Assembly: GCF_001194135.2 (NCBI RefSeq)
Contig: NC_068981.1
Location: 137,157,167-137,221,166 of the forward strand
From: Octopus bimaculoides
Lineage: Eukaryota
Direction: 5' to 3'
Length of the DNA stretch: 64,000 nucleotides
The translations under genes and the position numbers were made by a program. The notes beneath the pieces were generated by a model that worked only from the letters and a program-made list of their open reading frames with translations, was not told where the DNA came from and did not search any database. Positions 13,731 through 25,028 of the stretch are shown one piece after another; position 1 is the first letter of the stretch; each line of letters begins with the position of its first letter.

Positions 13731-14602
13731 ACCAAGCCAAGACAGATTATGGAACCTGGTGTGGCCCCTGGCCATGCTAGCTCCTGCCAAGCTATCCAAT
13801 CCATGCCAGTATGGAAAACAGATGTTAAATGATTATGATGATGATGAATACAAATGTGATATGAGGCACCTGAATTTCATGTTAATGATGCTTGTATGCA
13901 AAATGTCAAGTAGTGAAATCTGGTTTCATCTGCATTACATATCAAAATTTAAAAAATTTAAAACAAAAATCCAACTCATTTAAATTTATTTTGGTCATAT
14001 TACAAAATAGAAATAGCTATGTTTATTTTAATGAATAAATTATAAGATGTAAAATACATCTAGAAACTAGACAATTCTTTTAGAAATATATATAATTTAT
14101 TTTTATATACTTGAAACATAACATTATTTGTTGAATATTATAGAAATTAATGCAAAAAATTTCTTTATTGTGTTTAATATTGATATGTGCTATGGCTAAG
14201 TGGATTAAATATTGGATGACGTCTTTTTAATATTATCAATATCATTGTTATAGTATTAGATAGAAGTAAAATTTAATATTTCTTTCTGAGGCTCAGATGC
14301 AGACTTATTAGTGTCATTGAGAAGTTTGCTGTTTAACTAAGTGGTTTTGGGTTTAGTTAGTGTGTGGAACCTTGGGCCAGTGTTATTGACAATAGCCCCA
14401 GATGACCAAAGCACCGTGAGTGGGTTTGATAGACAGAAACTGAAAGAAGCCAATGGCACACACACACATATACACACACACATGTGCACACACACACACA
14501 CACACACATTCTCACACACATACATTCATACACACATGCACTCACACACATACATACAGACACATGCACACACATATGCACACCCACACACAAGCATACT
14601 TT

Positions 14603-14683
<81 letters not shown>

Positions 14684-15862
14684 ATTGGGGACCGAGACTT
14701 CTGGCAGTTTGCTGTGCTTGAGAAGACATGTCAGTTTAAGTAAATATGTGGTCATCCTTGCATACAGGCATCTCCCCTGCATCTCCCTTCAGCTGACTGT
14801 TCCTGCCAGTGTCATGTGAAAAGCACCTGTGCCAGTACCACATAAAAGCAACCTTGTTGGTGCAGCATATAAGCACCCAATACACTCTGTAAAATGGCTG
14901 GCATTTGGAAGGGCATCCAGCCATGGACATCAAGCCAGCATGGAAGATGAATGTGAAATGAGGATAATGATAATGATGTATATCTGCCATAGGCTATGTG
15001 TGCCATAAATATCGCCATCCACTTTGGAGAAAATTTGTAGTTTGGAATCAGTAGTTCTTTGACTGCTATTTCTAAATTTTCAGTATGTTGGAGAAGCAAC
15101 TCAATTGCTAATCCCTGTATATTTATAATGATATATATATTTATATATATATATATATAAACACATACACATATATATATACACACATATATATATGTAC
15201 ATATATATTTATAGATATTCTTTAATTCTTCTATTTGTTTCAGTCATTTGACTGCGGCCATGCTGGAGCACTGGCTTTAGCTGAACAAATAGAGCCCAGG
15301 ATTTATTCGTTGTAAGCCTAGTACTTATTCTATTGGTCTCTTTTGTAAAACTGTTAAGTTGCAGGGGATGTAAACACACTAACATCAGTTGTGAAGCAAT
15401 GATGGAGGGACAAACACAGACACACAAACATATACATACATAGCCATTGGTTGCACCAGTCCTCAGTCAAATCGTCCAACCCATGCTAGCATGGAAAGCG
15501 GACGTTAAACGATGATGATGATGATGATGATGATATATATATCCTTGAGGAGAGATAATGAACTGACTGGCCTATGTAGGTTCGGAGGTGCTGGTAATAT
15601 GCATAATTGCCTGCATCTTCAAACCTGCAAACTAGAATATCATACTGATGATGGAAATGAAGGTTTTTACTATTCTGATCCAGAAATGCGTCTATGATTG
15701 ACTAAGACTGGCTAATTTCATTGTTTTTTCTTCTTGTTTTGCCTTTGTGAGTTACAAGCACTGCTATCTGTTGGAGTTTTAGCACTTTAGCTGCTATTTC
15801 TGAACTTCGGTATGTGGTGAAGCAACTGTTGCTGATCCCTTAATTAGGTGTAGAGAGAGGGG

Positions 15863-15942
<80 letters not shown>

Positions 15943-16823
15943 ACAAAGTTATTTTATTTCACACAGGTAGAAATATAGAAAAAGTAGAAGTTGAAAATGC
16001 ACTGAAAATTGTTAAAATATTTTTTTATTATATTTAAAGATTCAACTGGTTTCGCAGTTTACACTGATTTTCAAATAGTTGAAATAGAAAGATGTGGCTT
16101 ATTTCACAACTGTCTTTCTTCTGACTAGTGTTTGAAGCTTGCTCTATTTTTATAGGGAGTTCATAGCTCAATTTAGTATATGTTTTGGATAGGACTTAAC
16201 TGATACAGGATAATCTCACCCAACCTGTGCAAGCATGGAAAAATAGACATTAAAATGATAATGGTGATGGTGATGATAATAAATCTTATGTGGTCTTGCT
16301 AATGAAAGCCAATATTCCTGTACTCAACTTATCCTCTTTGATTCCAAGTCTTTGTTGTTCTACAGTTAATTCTGTGAACTTCCCTCCATCCAGTTTCTGC
16401 CTAAACCTCTGCATTTTCAACAAGTCTTCTCTTAACTCTAATTCTATAAGCTACATAGCAGGTTTTATGAAGCTACTTCAAGAGCATGGTCTTTAAATCT
16501 TTGATACACTTACTGAAAAATTACTCCAAAGAATACAGCATATTGAAAGTTCTGGTTTCTAATTGAAGCATTTAATTACAGACCGTCGTAAGTGCCAAAA
16601 CTTAAAAACTAAGAAAAATGCAGTCAAAGTTTTGCAACTTTCAGAATGAGATATCTCGCCAAGGAATGAACTTAGGAAGCTGGTATTGGTATTAAAATGA
16701 CCGGGAAGACCTCCTCTAATCATTCAACTATGTGAAATTATTTATTTATGTATGCATCTGAAGGATGAAACAATGACTGTGTCTTTCTCATTTTGTAGAA
16801 TATACCGTTTCTATGAAACGGTG

Positions 16824-17199
16824 GAGGCGCAATGGCCCAGTGGTTAGGATAGCGGACTTGTGGTCATAGGATCGTGGTTTTGATTCTCAGACCAGGCGTT
16901 GTGAGTGTTTATTGAGCGAAAACACCTAAAGCTCCACAAGACTCCGGCAGGGGATGGTGGTAAACCCTGCTGTATTCTTTCACCACAACTTTCTTTCACT
17001 CTTTCTTCCTGTTTCTGTTGTACCTGTAATTCAAAGGGTCAGCCTTGTCACACTGTGTCACGCTGAATCTCCCCGAGAACTATGTTAAGGGTACATGTGT
17101 CTGTGGAGTGCTCGGCTGTTCCATCTGTGGAGTGCAGGCTGTTCTGTTGATCAGATCAACTGGAACCCTTGATGTCGTAAGCGACAGAGTGCCAACAAC
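16824..17199 (+). mobile_element. Full-length tRNA-derived SINE with 11-bp TSD
   Basis: GGCGCAATGGCCCAGTGG (A box) ... TTGATTCTCAGACC (degenerate B box), (CAA)n tail, TSD ATGAAACGGTG at 16813-16823 and 17200-17210. Confidence 0.85.
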
Positions 17200-17499
17200 A
17201 TGAAACGGTGTATCGCATTGCATATTTTAGCCCTAATACCTAGAAAAAACATACACAGATTCCCCAAAGCTATTGTTTGTGTTTTAATATACTAAGGTAA
17301 GTATCTTTAAGTGGTAAGTAAGACTAGATATTAAGATAATAGTCCTCAATGGTAACAAGGATTATTAGAAAATGAACCATAACACCTCAGAAAATGATAC
17401 AAGGATCACACCAAAGGTATTGATTCAGCATGTGTGCTTATGGTGGTGTGTTACTAAACTCACTGGTCCAAGTTTGGGTGAGTGAGCATTGTGTCAATA

Positions 17500-17740
17500 G
17501 CATTGATGTACAATTTTTACAGCCAGATTTTCGACCTTATTGCAAGCCTCATCAGTTCTTCCACTCAACTTTTGTGGATTCTTGATGTTGAGACAGAGAA
17601 AATGATATACTAACGTCGAAAATGGATGGGGTGGCGCATATTACACTCCATTACTAATGCCTCGATTAACTTAAGTCAAGGTTATTTTGTGGATGCTCTT
17701 AGGTTTTTGTGTCCTTTTGCCCTTTATCTGAGAACATTAG
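17500..17740 (-). mobile_element. Penelope-like 3' end with degenerate hammerhead core
   Basis: Minus strand LKLIEALVM (cf. EN C-terminal LxIxEALxI) is followed by CUGAUGA-GGCUUGCAAUAAGGUC-GAAA (17555-17529). Stems I and III are not intact. Confidence 0.35.
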
Positions 17741-19589
17741 ACCTTACCCTGTTAAACATTCTCATTATCACCATTCCAATGCTGGAATGGGTTGGTTGGT
17801 TTGACAGGAACTGATAAGCCAGAGGACTGTGCCAAGCCCCAATGTCTGCTTTTGCATGATTTCTACAGCTGGTTGCCTTTCTTAATGCCAACCATTTTAC
17901 AGAGTGTGCTGGGTGCTTTTATGTGGCACCAGCATCAGTGAGGTCACTAAGTAACTTGCAAGGTGAGATCCCTTGACTAAGTGAGGACATGAAAGTAGGA
18001 TAGAAGGGAAGAAACTGGTGTCTTGTTGAAGAGGTGAATATATAGCTTTCCTAGCTGGAAATAGAGAGAAAAAGANNNNNNNNNNNNNNNNNNNNNNNNN
18101 NNNNNNNNNNNNNNNNNNNNNNNNNNNNNNNNNNNNNNNNNNNNNNNNNNNNNNNNNNNNNNNNNNNNNNNNNNNNNNNNNNNNNNNNNNNNNNNNNNNN
18201 NNNNNNNNNNNNNNNNNNNNNNNNNNNNNNNNNNNNNNNNNNNNNNNNNNNNNNNNNNNNNNNNNNNNNNNNNNNNNNNNNNNNNNNNNNNNNNNNNNNN
18301 NNNNNNNNNNNNNNNNNNNNNNNNNNNNNNNNNNNNNNNNNNNNNNNNNNNNNNNNNNNNNNNNNNNNNNNNNNNNNNNNNNNNNNNNNNNNNNNNNNNN
18401 NNNNNNNNNNNNNNNNNNNNNNNNNNNNNNNNNNNNNNNNNNNNNNNNNNNNNNNNNNNNNNNNNNNNNNNNNNNNNNNNNNNNNNNNNNNNNNNNNNNN
18501 NNNNNNNNNGAGGAGGGGAAAGGAAAGGAGGCAGAGGGGGAGGAGTGGAAGGAAAGGAGGCAGAGGGGAGGAGGAGGGGGAAAGAGAAAGAGGAGGAGGA
18601 GAAGAGGAAGGGAGGTACAGGAGGAAGAAGAGGAAAGAAGAAAGAGGAGAAGGGGAAGAAGAAAAGAGGGAGTGGAGGCAGAAGAGGAGGGGGAGGTTGT
18701 GGTAATAATGTCTGTCGTTACTATTGTGATAGCGTAGCTCTGACTTTTGTTTGTGTTTCATGTAATACTTGTTGGTATGGCAAGTTGTCTACTGTGATAC
18801 AGGCTGCTGGTGGCATGTTAATATTATTTTTAGAAGCCTCAGCTTCATCAATTGTGAGTTTTCTTTTTTAGACTGAGTTTGTTCAGCTGACTGAGAATAT
18901 GCTATGTGAAGCAGTCATCCGGAATAGCAGGTGTATTTCATGATCGTTTCGACTTACTCTTTATACAGTAGATGTTGATTCTTCTTTTTAGCAACTAGAA
19001 TGTTTGCAATTTCACACAGAACTTAAACCTCTTGTGTAATTCTGTTAAAATATATTCAGTTTGTATTCTGTCCATATTTTCTTTACAGTAACACTCAGAA
19101 TTTGCTTGGTTAAAAAAAAAATGTTTGCCCCAGTTGTCCTCCATGTAGTGGATATATCAGAACTACCTTAGGTTCAATTATATTATATTCATTATTGATC
19201 TCCATGGATTTGTCAGTATTTCTATGATGGCAGAACAATTAATGAGTTAATGCTAATGCTAATTTCTACAAAAGGTGACTAAAACATAATTGTTCATAGA
19301 GTTTAACACCTGAGGTATCCATTAGTATCAAGCACAAAGAACTTTATATCGAAGTCAGGTTCTATTGATTACCTTGTTAGTTTGAAATTCACTGAGTTGT
19401 TTAAACCCTGTGCTTGCCTATTAACACCTGTGATGGAGATGATTCATCTCATTGTTTCCTTTATTAATTGTCTTCAACACCTAGATGTCACCCTTAACAA
19501 GATTGTTACTGTCACAGATAGCATGCAAAACATGACAATATTTTTCTATTGGATTATTTGAGAAAATAATGATCAATTTTAAATTCTGA

Positions 19590-20165
19590 TTTTACATTTC
19601 TCCTCATCATCTTTCTACTTCTTGTCCTCCTCATCCATCTCTTCTACCTCCTCCTTGTCCTTCTTGTCTTCTACCTCCTCCATCCATCTCTTCTACATCC
19701 TCCTTGTCCATCTCCTCTTTTACCTCCTCCACCTCCACTTCCTCTCCTTCTACCTCCTCTACCCCTGTCTCTTCTACCTCCTCCATCTCCTTTTTTACCT
19801 CCTCCACCTCCTCTACCACCTCCACTTCCTCTCCTTCTACCTCCTCTTACTCTTTCTCTTCTACTTCTTCCTCTTCTTCTTCTACTTCCTCCTCTTCTTC
19901 TACCTCTTCCCCTCTTCTTCTACACCTCCACCTCCACCTCTTCTACTGCCCCTTCTTCTACCTCCTCCTCCTCCTCCTCCTATTTTTCTACCCCCTCCCA
20001 CTCTTCTTCTACCTCCTCCTCTTCTGCCTCTTCCTCCTCTTTTTCTACCCCTCCCACTCTTCTTCTACCTCCTCCTCTACTACTACCTCTTCATCATCAT
20101 CGTTGTTGTTGTCCTTGTCATTGTCCTCCCCGTCCCCTCCTCTTCCTCCTCCTCATCATCATCAC
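19590..20165. repeat. Polypyrimidine low-complexity tract (TCC/TCT/CTT)n
   Basis: About 570 bp almost exclusively C/T with occasional A. A purine-rich counterpart lies at 18510-18695 next to an N-gap. Confidence 0.9.
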
Positions 20166-20447
20166 TATTTTTCATGCTAGCATGGGTTAGATGGTTTGAC
20201 AGGCGCTGACAAGCCGGAGGGCTGCACCATGCTATAGTCATATGTTTTGACATGGTTTCTATGACAGGAGGCCCTTCCTAATGCCAACCACTCTGAAGAG
20301 TGTGCTGAGTGCTTGTTACATGGTACCAGCATGGATGATTTTTTACATGGCGTCAGCATGGGTCCCTTTTACGTAGCACTGGCACAGGTGCTCTATACAT
20401 GACTCATGGAAATAATATATAGATTAGGTATACCTCAACTTAAATGG

Positions 20448-21046
20448 GAGAAGCATGACCTTCTAATGTTGGGCCTCACAGAGGAAATGACAAGAGACCG
20501 AGACCTTTGAAGATATGATGTGATTGAGAAGATCTGGCAACTAAAGTGAGATCGCCATGGTCTATGCCAGTGTTGCATGTCCAGCCCATTTAAAAGTACC
20601 CTTGATGTGTCGGACAATATGATATGCTTGAGAAAACCTGTTGAGTCAAAACCAAAATCGTAGCTGTGGCCAGTGCCCCCTGACTGGCTCCTGTTCCAGT
20701 GGCACATAAAATGCACCATCTAAACCTGGTCGATGCCAGTGGCTCCTGACTGGCTCCCATGCCAGTGGCATGTAAAAAGCACCATCCGAACATGGCTGAT
20801 ACCAGTGTTGTCTACTGGTTCCCGTACTGGTGGCACATAAAAAGCACTATCTGAACGAGAACGATGCCAGATCCACCTGACTAGTTCCTGTGCCAGTGGC
20901 ATGTAAAAAGCACCCACTACACTCTTGGAGTGGTTGGCATTAGGAAGGGCATCCAGCTGTAGAAACCGCCCAACCCATGCCAGCATAAAAAACAGAAGGT
21001 AAACAATGATGATGATGATAATGACAATGATGATGATGTATGCTTT
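20448..21046 (+). mobile_element. 5'-truncated RTE-clade LINE with 11-bp TSD
   Basis: Starts with the ORF C-terminus DLLMLGLTEEMTRDRDL*RYDVIEK. The 3' UTR has four ~65-bp tandem units, the GGTTGGCATTAGGAAGGGCATCCAGC motif and a (GAT)n tail. TSD AACTTAAATGG at 20437-20447 and 21047-21057. Confidence 0.8.
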
Positions 21047-21119
21047 AACTTAAATGGAAATAATATATAGGGATGCCTCAACTTGAATGGAAATAATACA
21101 TAAGTATACCTCAACTTCA

Positions 21120-21496
21120 CCCCCGTGGACTATCACCTTAACATTGGTTCAGGGTGCTTGCGTGTTTTAATGACCTGAAGAGCTATGCTGTCCAGAACCT
21201 TGTATTCCTGGTAGGGTCAGCCAAGGCAGTAAGATCGGCAGGCAGAAGTCAGACAAAGAATAGTCCACTCACCTTTCAGGTTGAGGGTTGAGCAATGGGC
21301 TAACAACCCATTCTCAAAAAAAAAAGCTCTTATTACAGAACCCAAAAGCGCTCAAAGAGAAAATTCATACCACACGAAACCAGGCTTTGAAACATCATGG
21401 AATGCGACAAGAAAACTTGAAAAACCAAGGAATAAATGGAAAACAAGTGTGGGGGCCTTATGTGCCAGCTGGTATGAAGAGGATAGATAGATAGAT
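21120..21496 (+). mobile_element. Mini-RTE: non-autonomous element joining an RTE 5' UTR to an RTE 3' end
   Basis: 5' part GGGTGCTTGCGTG..AATGACCTGAAGAGCTATG..GGTAGGGTCAGCCAAGGC.. and GGTTGAGGGTTGAGCAATGGGCTAACAACCC resemble RTE/Expander 5' UTRs (from recall). The 3' part encodes WKTSVGALCASWYEEDR (RTE C-terminus) plus a (GATA)n tail. ACTTCA flanks at 21114-21119 and 21497-21502. Confidence 0.6.
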
Positions 21497-21950
21497 ACTT
21501 CAAGTTAAATGGAAATAATATATAGGTATACCTCAACATAAACCATTTCAAGTTATATATTTTTTGATAGAGAGCATAAACCTCAACTTCAGTCAATTTA
21601 TCTGACTTTACATTGGACTCAGCAAATATATTTAAAAGTTCCTTCCTTTCTGAGATGCATATATAGACTCATAGGGCTGGTTTCCCAGTTTCCATGGAAT
21701 ATATATTCCCCACCTGATGGGATGCTGGTCTGTCACATGACTGCCCATTTTTGCCTGCTGAGTGAACTAGAGCAACGTGAAATGAAGTGTTTTGCTCAAG
21801 AACACAACGCACTGCTCGGTCCAAGAATCAAAACTACAATCTTACAATCATGAGTCGAATACCCTAAACACTAAACCACATGAGTCCACCAATACATGTA
21901 AAAACATAAAAATTGAGTAAACACCTAAAACTAATATTCAACTGGAAAAT

Positions 21951-22360
21951 CAAGAGTGGCTGTGTGGTAAGTAGCTTGCTTACCAACCACATGGTTCCAG
22001 GTTCAGTCCTACTGCGTGGCACCTTGGGCAAGTGTCTTCTACTATAGCCTCGGGCCGACCAAAGCCTTGTGAGTGGATTTGGTAGACGGAAACTGAAAGA
22101 AGCCCGTCGTATATATGTATATGTATATATATGTGTGTGTGTTTGTGTGTCTGTGTTTGTCCCCCCAACATCGCTTGACAACCAATGCTGGTGTGTTATG
22201 TCCCCGTAACTTAGCGGTTTGGCAAAAGACACTGATAGAATAAGTACTAGGCTTACAAAGAATAAGTCCTGGGAGCGATTTGTTCAACAAAAGGCGGTGC
22301 TCCAGCATGGATGCAGTCAAATGACTGAAACAAGTAAAAGAGTAAAGAGTAAAAGAGTAA
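21951..22360 (+). mobile_element. tRNA-derived SINE with CORE-like CCTTGGGCAAGTG segment and internal microsatellite (representative of the most abundant family here)
   Basis: GTGGCTGTGTGGTAAG...GGTTCAGTCC...CACCTTGGGCAAGTGTCTT...(TG)n...GACTGAAACAAGTAAAAGAG tail. Similar copies at ~1060-1437(-), 40340-40785(+), 46590-46945(+), 47420-47750(-), 52330-52560(-), 57130-57370(-), 60715-61030(+), 62690-62830(+). Confidence 0.8.
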
Positions 22361-22388
22361 ACCATTTATTGAAATAGATATAAACTAA

Positions 22389-25028
22389 TCTATATATATA
22401 AAGATGAGAGTATGTGTGTGTCTGTCTGTCTGTCTGTGTGAATGCCTAAAACTTGAGAACTACACAACCAATTTCATTCAAATTTTACACATGCCTTACT
22501 TAGGGTCCATGTAGTGTCATAGGCCCAAAAAATGTTTAACTTCTTGCCTAGTGCGAGTCCAGAGCAATATCATATCTTCTCCACTATTTCAGTATTACGT
22601 GTGAAAAGTGAAACAATAACATGTCTTTATTGTAATGTCAGATAGTTTCACTTTAATAGTTTCACTTTAATACTGAAACTATTAAAGTGAAACTATTATC
22701 TCACATATATACAGGCATACATACATATATACATACTTACATATATATAATATATATATATATATATATACATCTGCCCAAATGTATATATATACATGTA
22801 TATATATAGATGTATATGTATACATGTATATGTATAGCTGTATATGTATACATGGNNNNNNNNNNTGGCCTTGTAGGGTTTTCGAGCGAGATCGTTGCCA
22901 GTGCCCCTGGACTGACTCTTGTGCGGGTGGCACATAAAAGACACCATTTCGAGCGTGGCCGTTTTCGTGCGGGTGACACGTAAAAGCACCCACTACACTC
23001 TCTGAGTGGTTGGCGTTAGGAAGGGCATCCAGCTGTAGAAACTCTGCCAAATTAGATTGGAGCCTGGTGTAGCCATCCGGTTGCACCAGTCCTCAGTCAA
23101 ATCGTCCAACCCATGCTAGCATGGAAAGCGGACGTTAAAGGATGATGATGATGATGATGATGTATAGATGTATATATATAGATATAAATGTGTATGTATA
23201 CATATATATGTGTAGATGTATATATATAGATGTACATGCAATATGTACACATATATATACAAATATATATATGCACACATATATATACCCATACGCACAT
23301 GTACATAGGTGCAGGTGTGGCTGTGTCATAAGAAACTTGGTTCCATATTTTTCTTTGCCCACTCAGTTGTATCTATTAATCTATCTTTTTGTGTGTGTGT
23401 GTGTGTGTGTGTATATATAATACACACACACACATACATGTATGTATATGTGCATTTTCATATCTATTATATAAAAGTCAATGTCTTTTTGTGTGTTACA
23501 TATACATTCGAAAACTACTGAAATTTGGAACACAAAATCCAAGCCTAGGGAGAAAGGTAATGCTGTATGTTTCATACAATTTCATGGACCAATACTACTG
23601 AATGGATCCTTATGATATTTGAAACTTAGATCCAATGCAAAAGGGTGGGTATAATGCTATCAAAATTGATAAATTTTCGATGAGTATTCTCAAAGTTTCT
23701 ACTTCTCATGAGGATTCTAAGACCCCTAATGGGGGCCTTAACTCCCAAATTTTAGTCATTTTTTTATAATCCAAAACTAGGTCAAAAGTACTGAATGGAT
23801 CTTTATGAAATTTGGAAATTATATTCTATGCATAAGGGCCATAACCCCCATGAAAATTCATATATTTTTGCTGTTGATGAAATTTTAACCATAGATATTA
23901 GACACAAATGAAGTAATATTTCTAAAATTTCATCTTCTTAGAAGTTAGAAAGACCCCTTCATGGGGACTTAACACCCACTATTTAGTCATTTTATCTAAG
24001 CAAAGACGTATACAGTTGTACTCTTGGAAGCTGTAGGGTCACCGGTGCATAAAAGATGAGCATTATTTGTAATTCAATGGTACAACAGTGTAAGAGTTTG
24101 CTTTGAGGTATACTTACATTGTGATTTCTGCAATGTGGTGCATAAATTGTCAAGTAAATGAGAGGCTTCTTTGCCTCCACTGATTCAGTTGCAAAGTGTT
24201 GAGTTAAGTTATTTGGTTGCAGACCTCCTTTGAGTCTTTTTATTATCACTGGGTCACACATAGTCCCCAGATGGTAACATTGATTTCAAGGCCTTCCCAG
24301 ATGAGTGACTGGTTATTCAAAGACATTAATAGATTGTAAATTTATTCTGTCCAGTTACCTATCAGTATAGTTGTCATTTGCAAACTTCAGAGGTGACACT
24401 TTCATTTCCCCTTACATCACACATTGTTAATGTTTTAGTTGGGTCACACCCTTCCAATTGCTATAGATCCGTAATGCATCTTACGGCTGTACCTGTCACT
24501 TGTATGGTGAGGAATCCTACATTGGGAGTAGTAACGACTGGGTAGGGTAGCTGACTGCTTATAGTGATCATTTGTCTTTTGGTTTCCTGTAGCTTTGCTC
24601 TCTTTTACAAACCCAGTGAACATACATACATTTCCTATTTCAAAGAAATTCAAACAATAGATATAAGACCCATGTTAAAAAGATTCTTAACAATTCAACT
24701 TCTTTGGTTGATATTAAGACACCCACCCCCAGTAGGGGCCTTAACTCTCACATTTTAGAGCTCCATGACCTCCATTTTTCAGGAGCAAAATCCTTTTAAC
24801 AGGTTCCAGAAGACTGGAATTTTGGAATCTGTACTTAAAGATCAGTAGTGTGGGGTACATATGTCATGATTAGAATTTTTTTAGGGTTTGTAAAGAGGGA
24901 AATAACCCTCATCTGCAATTTTGATGAAATTCGAATCATAGGTATTTCAGCTCATTAGAGAAAATATAACAGAAAAGTCTAATTCTTCAATTGCATGTAA
25001 CACGAACAACGTCAAGTATCTCTGCTAG
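22389..25028 (+). mobile_element. Non-autonomous Helitron-like element, copy 2 (with nested RTE 3' end and second 5' TC terminus)
   Basis: Same TC...CTAG termini in an A^T context. Shares 22389-~22760 and ~24000-25028 with copy 1. RTE-tail insert at ~22880-23165. Internal A|TCTATTATATAAAA at 23463. Confidence 0.75.

Noticed and set aside
16824-16900. tRNA gene
   Set aside because: The tRNA-like A/B boxes are SINE heads continuous with SINE bodies, tails and TSDs, and no complete cloverleaf is evident.
19622-20209. Leu/Pro/Ser-rich ORFs
   Set aside because: They are translations of a polypyrimidine low-complexity tract.
23992-24758. ORFs open in both Helitron copies (MCDPVIIKR..., MIICLLVSC...)
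   Set aside because: Retention is explained by recent duplication, and I recognise no domain or RepHel motif. Kept only as unassigned cargo.
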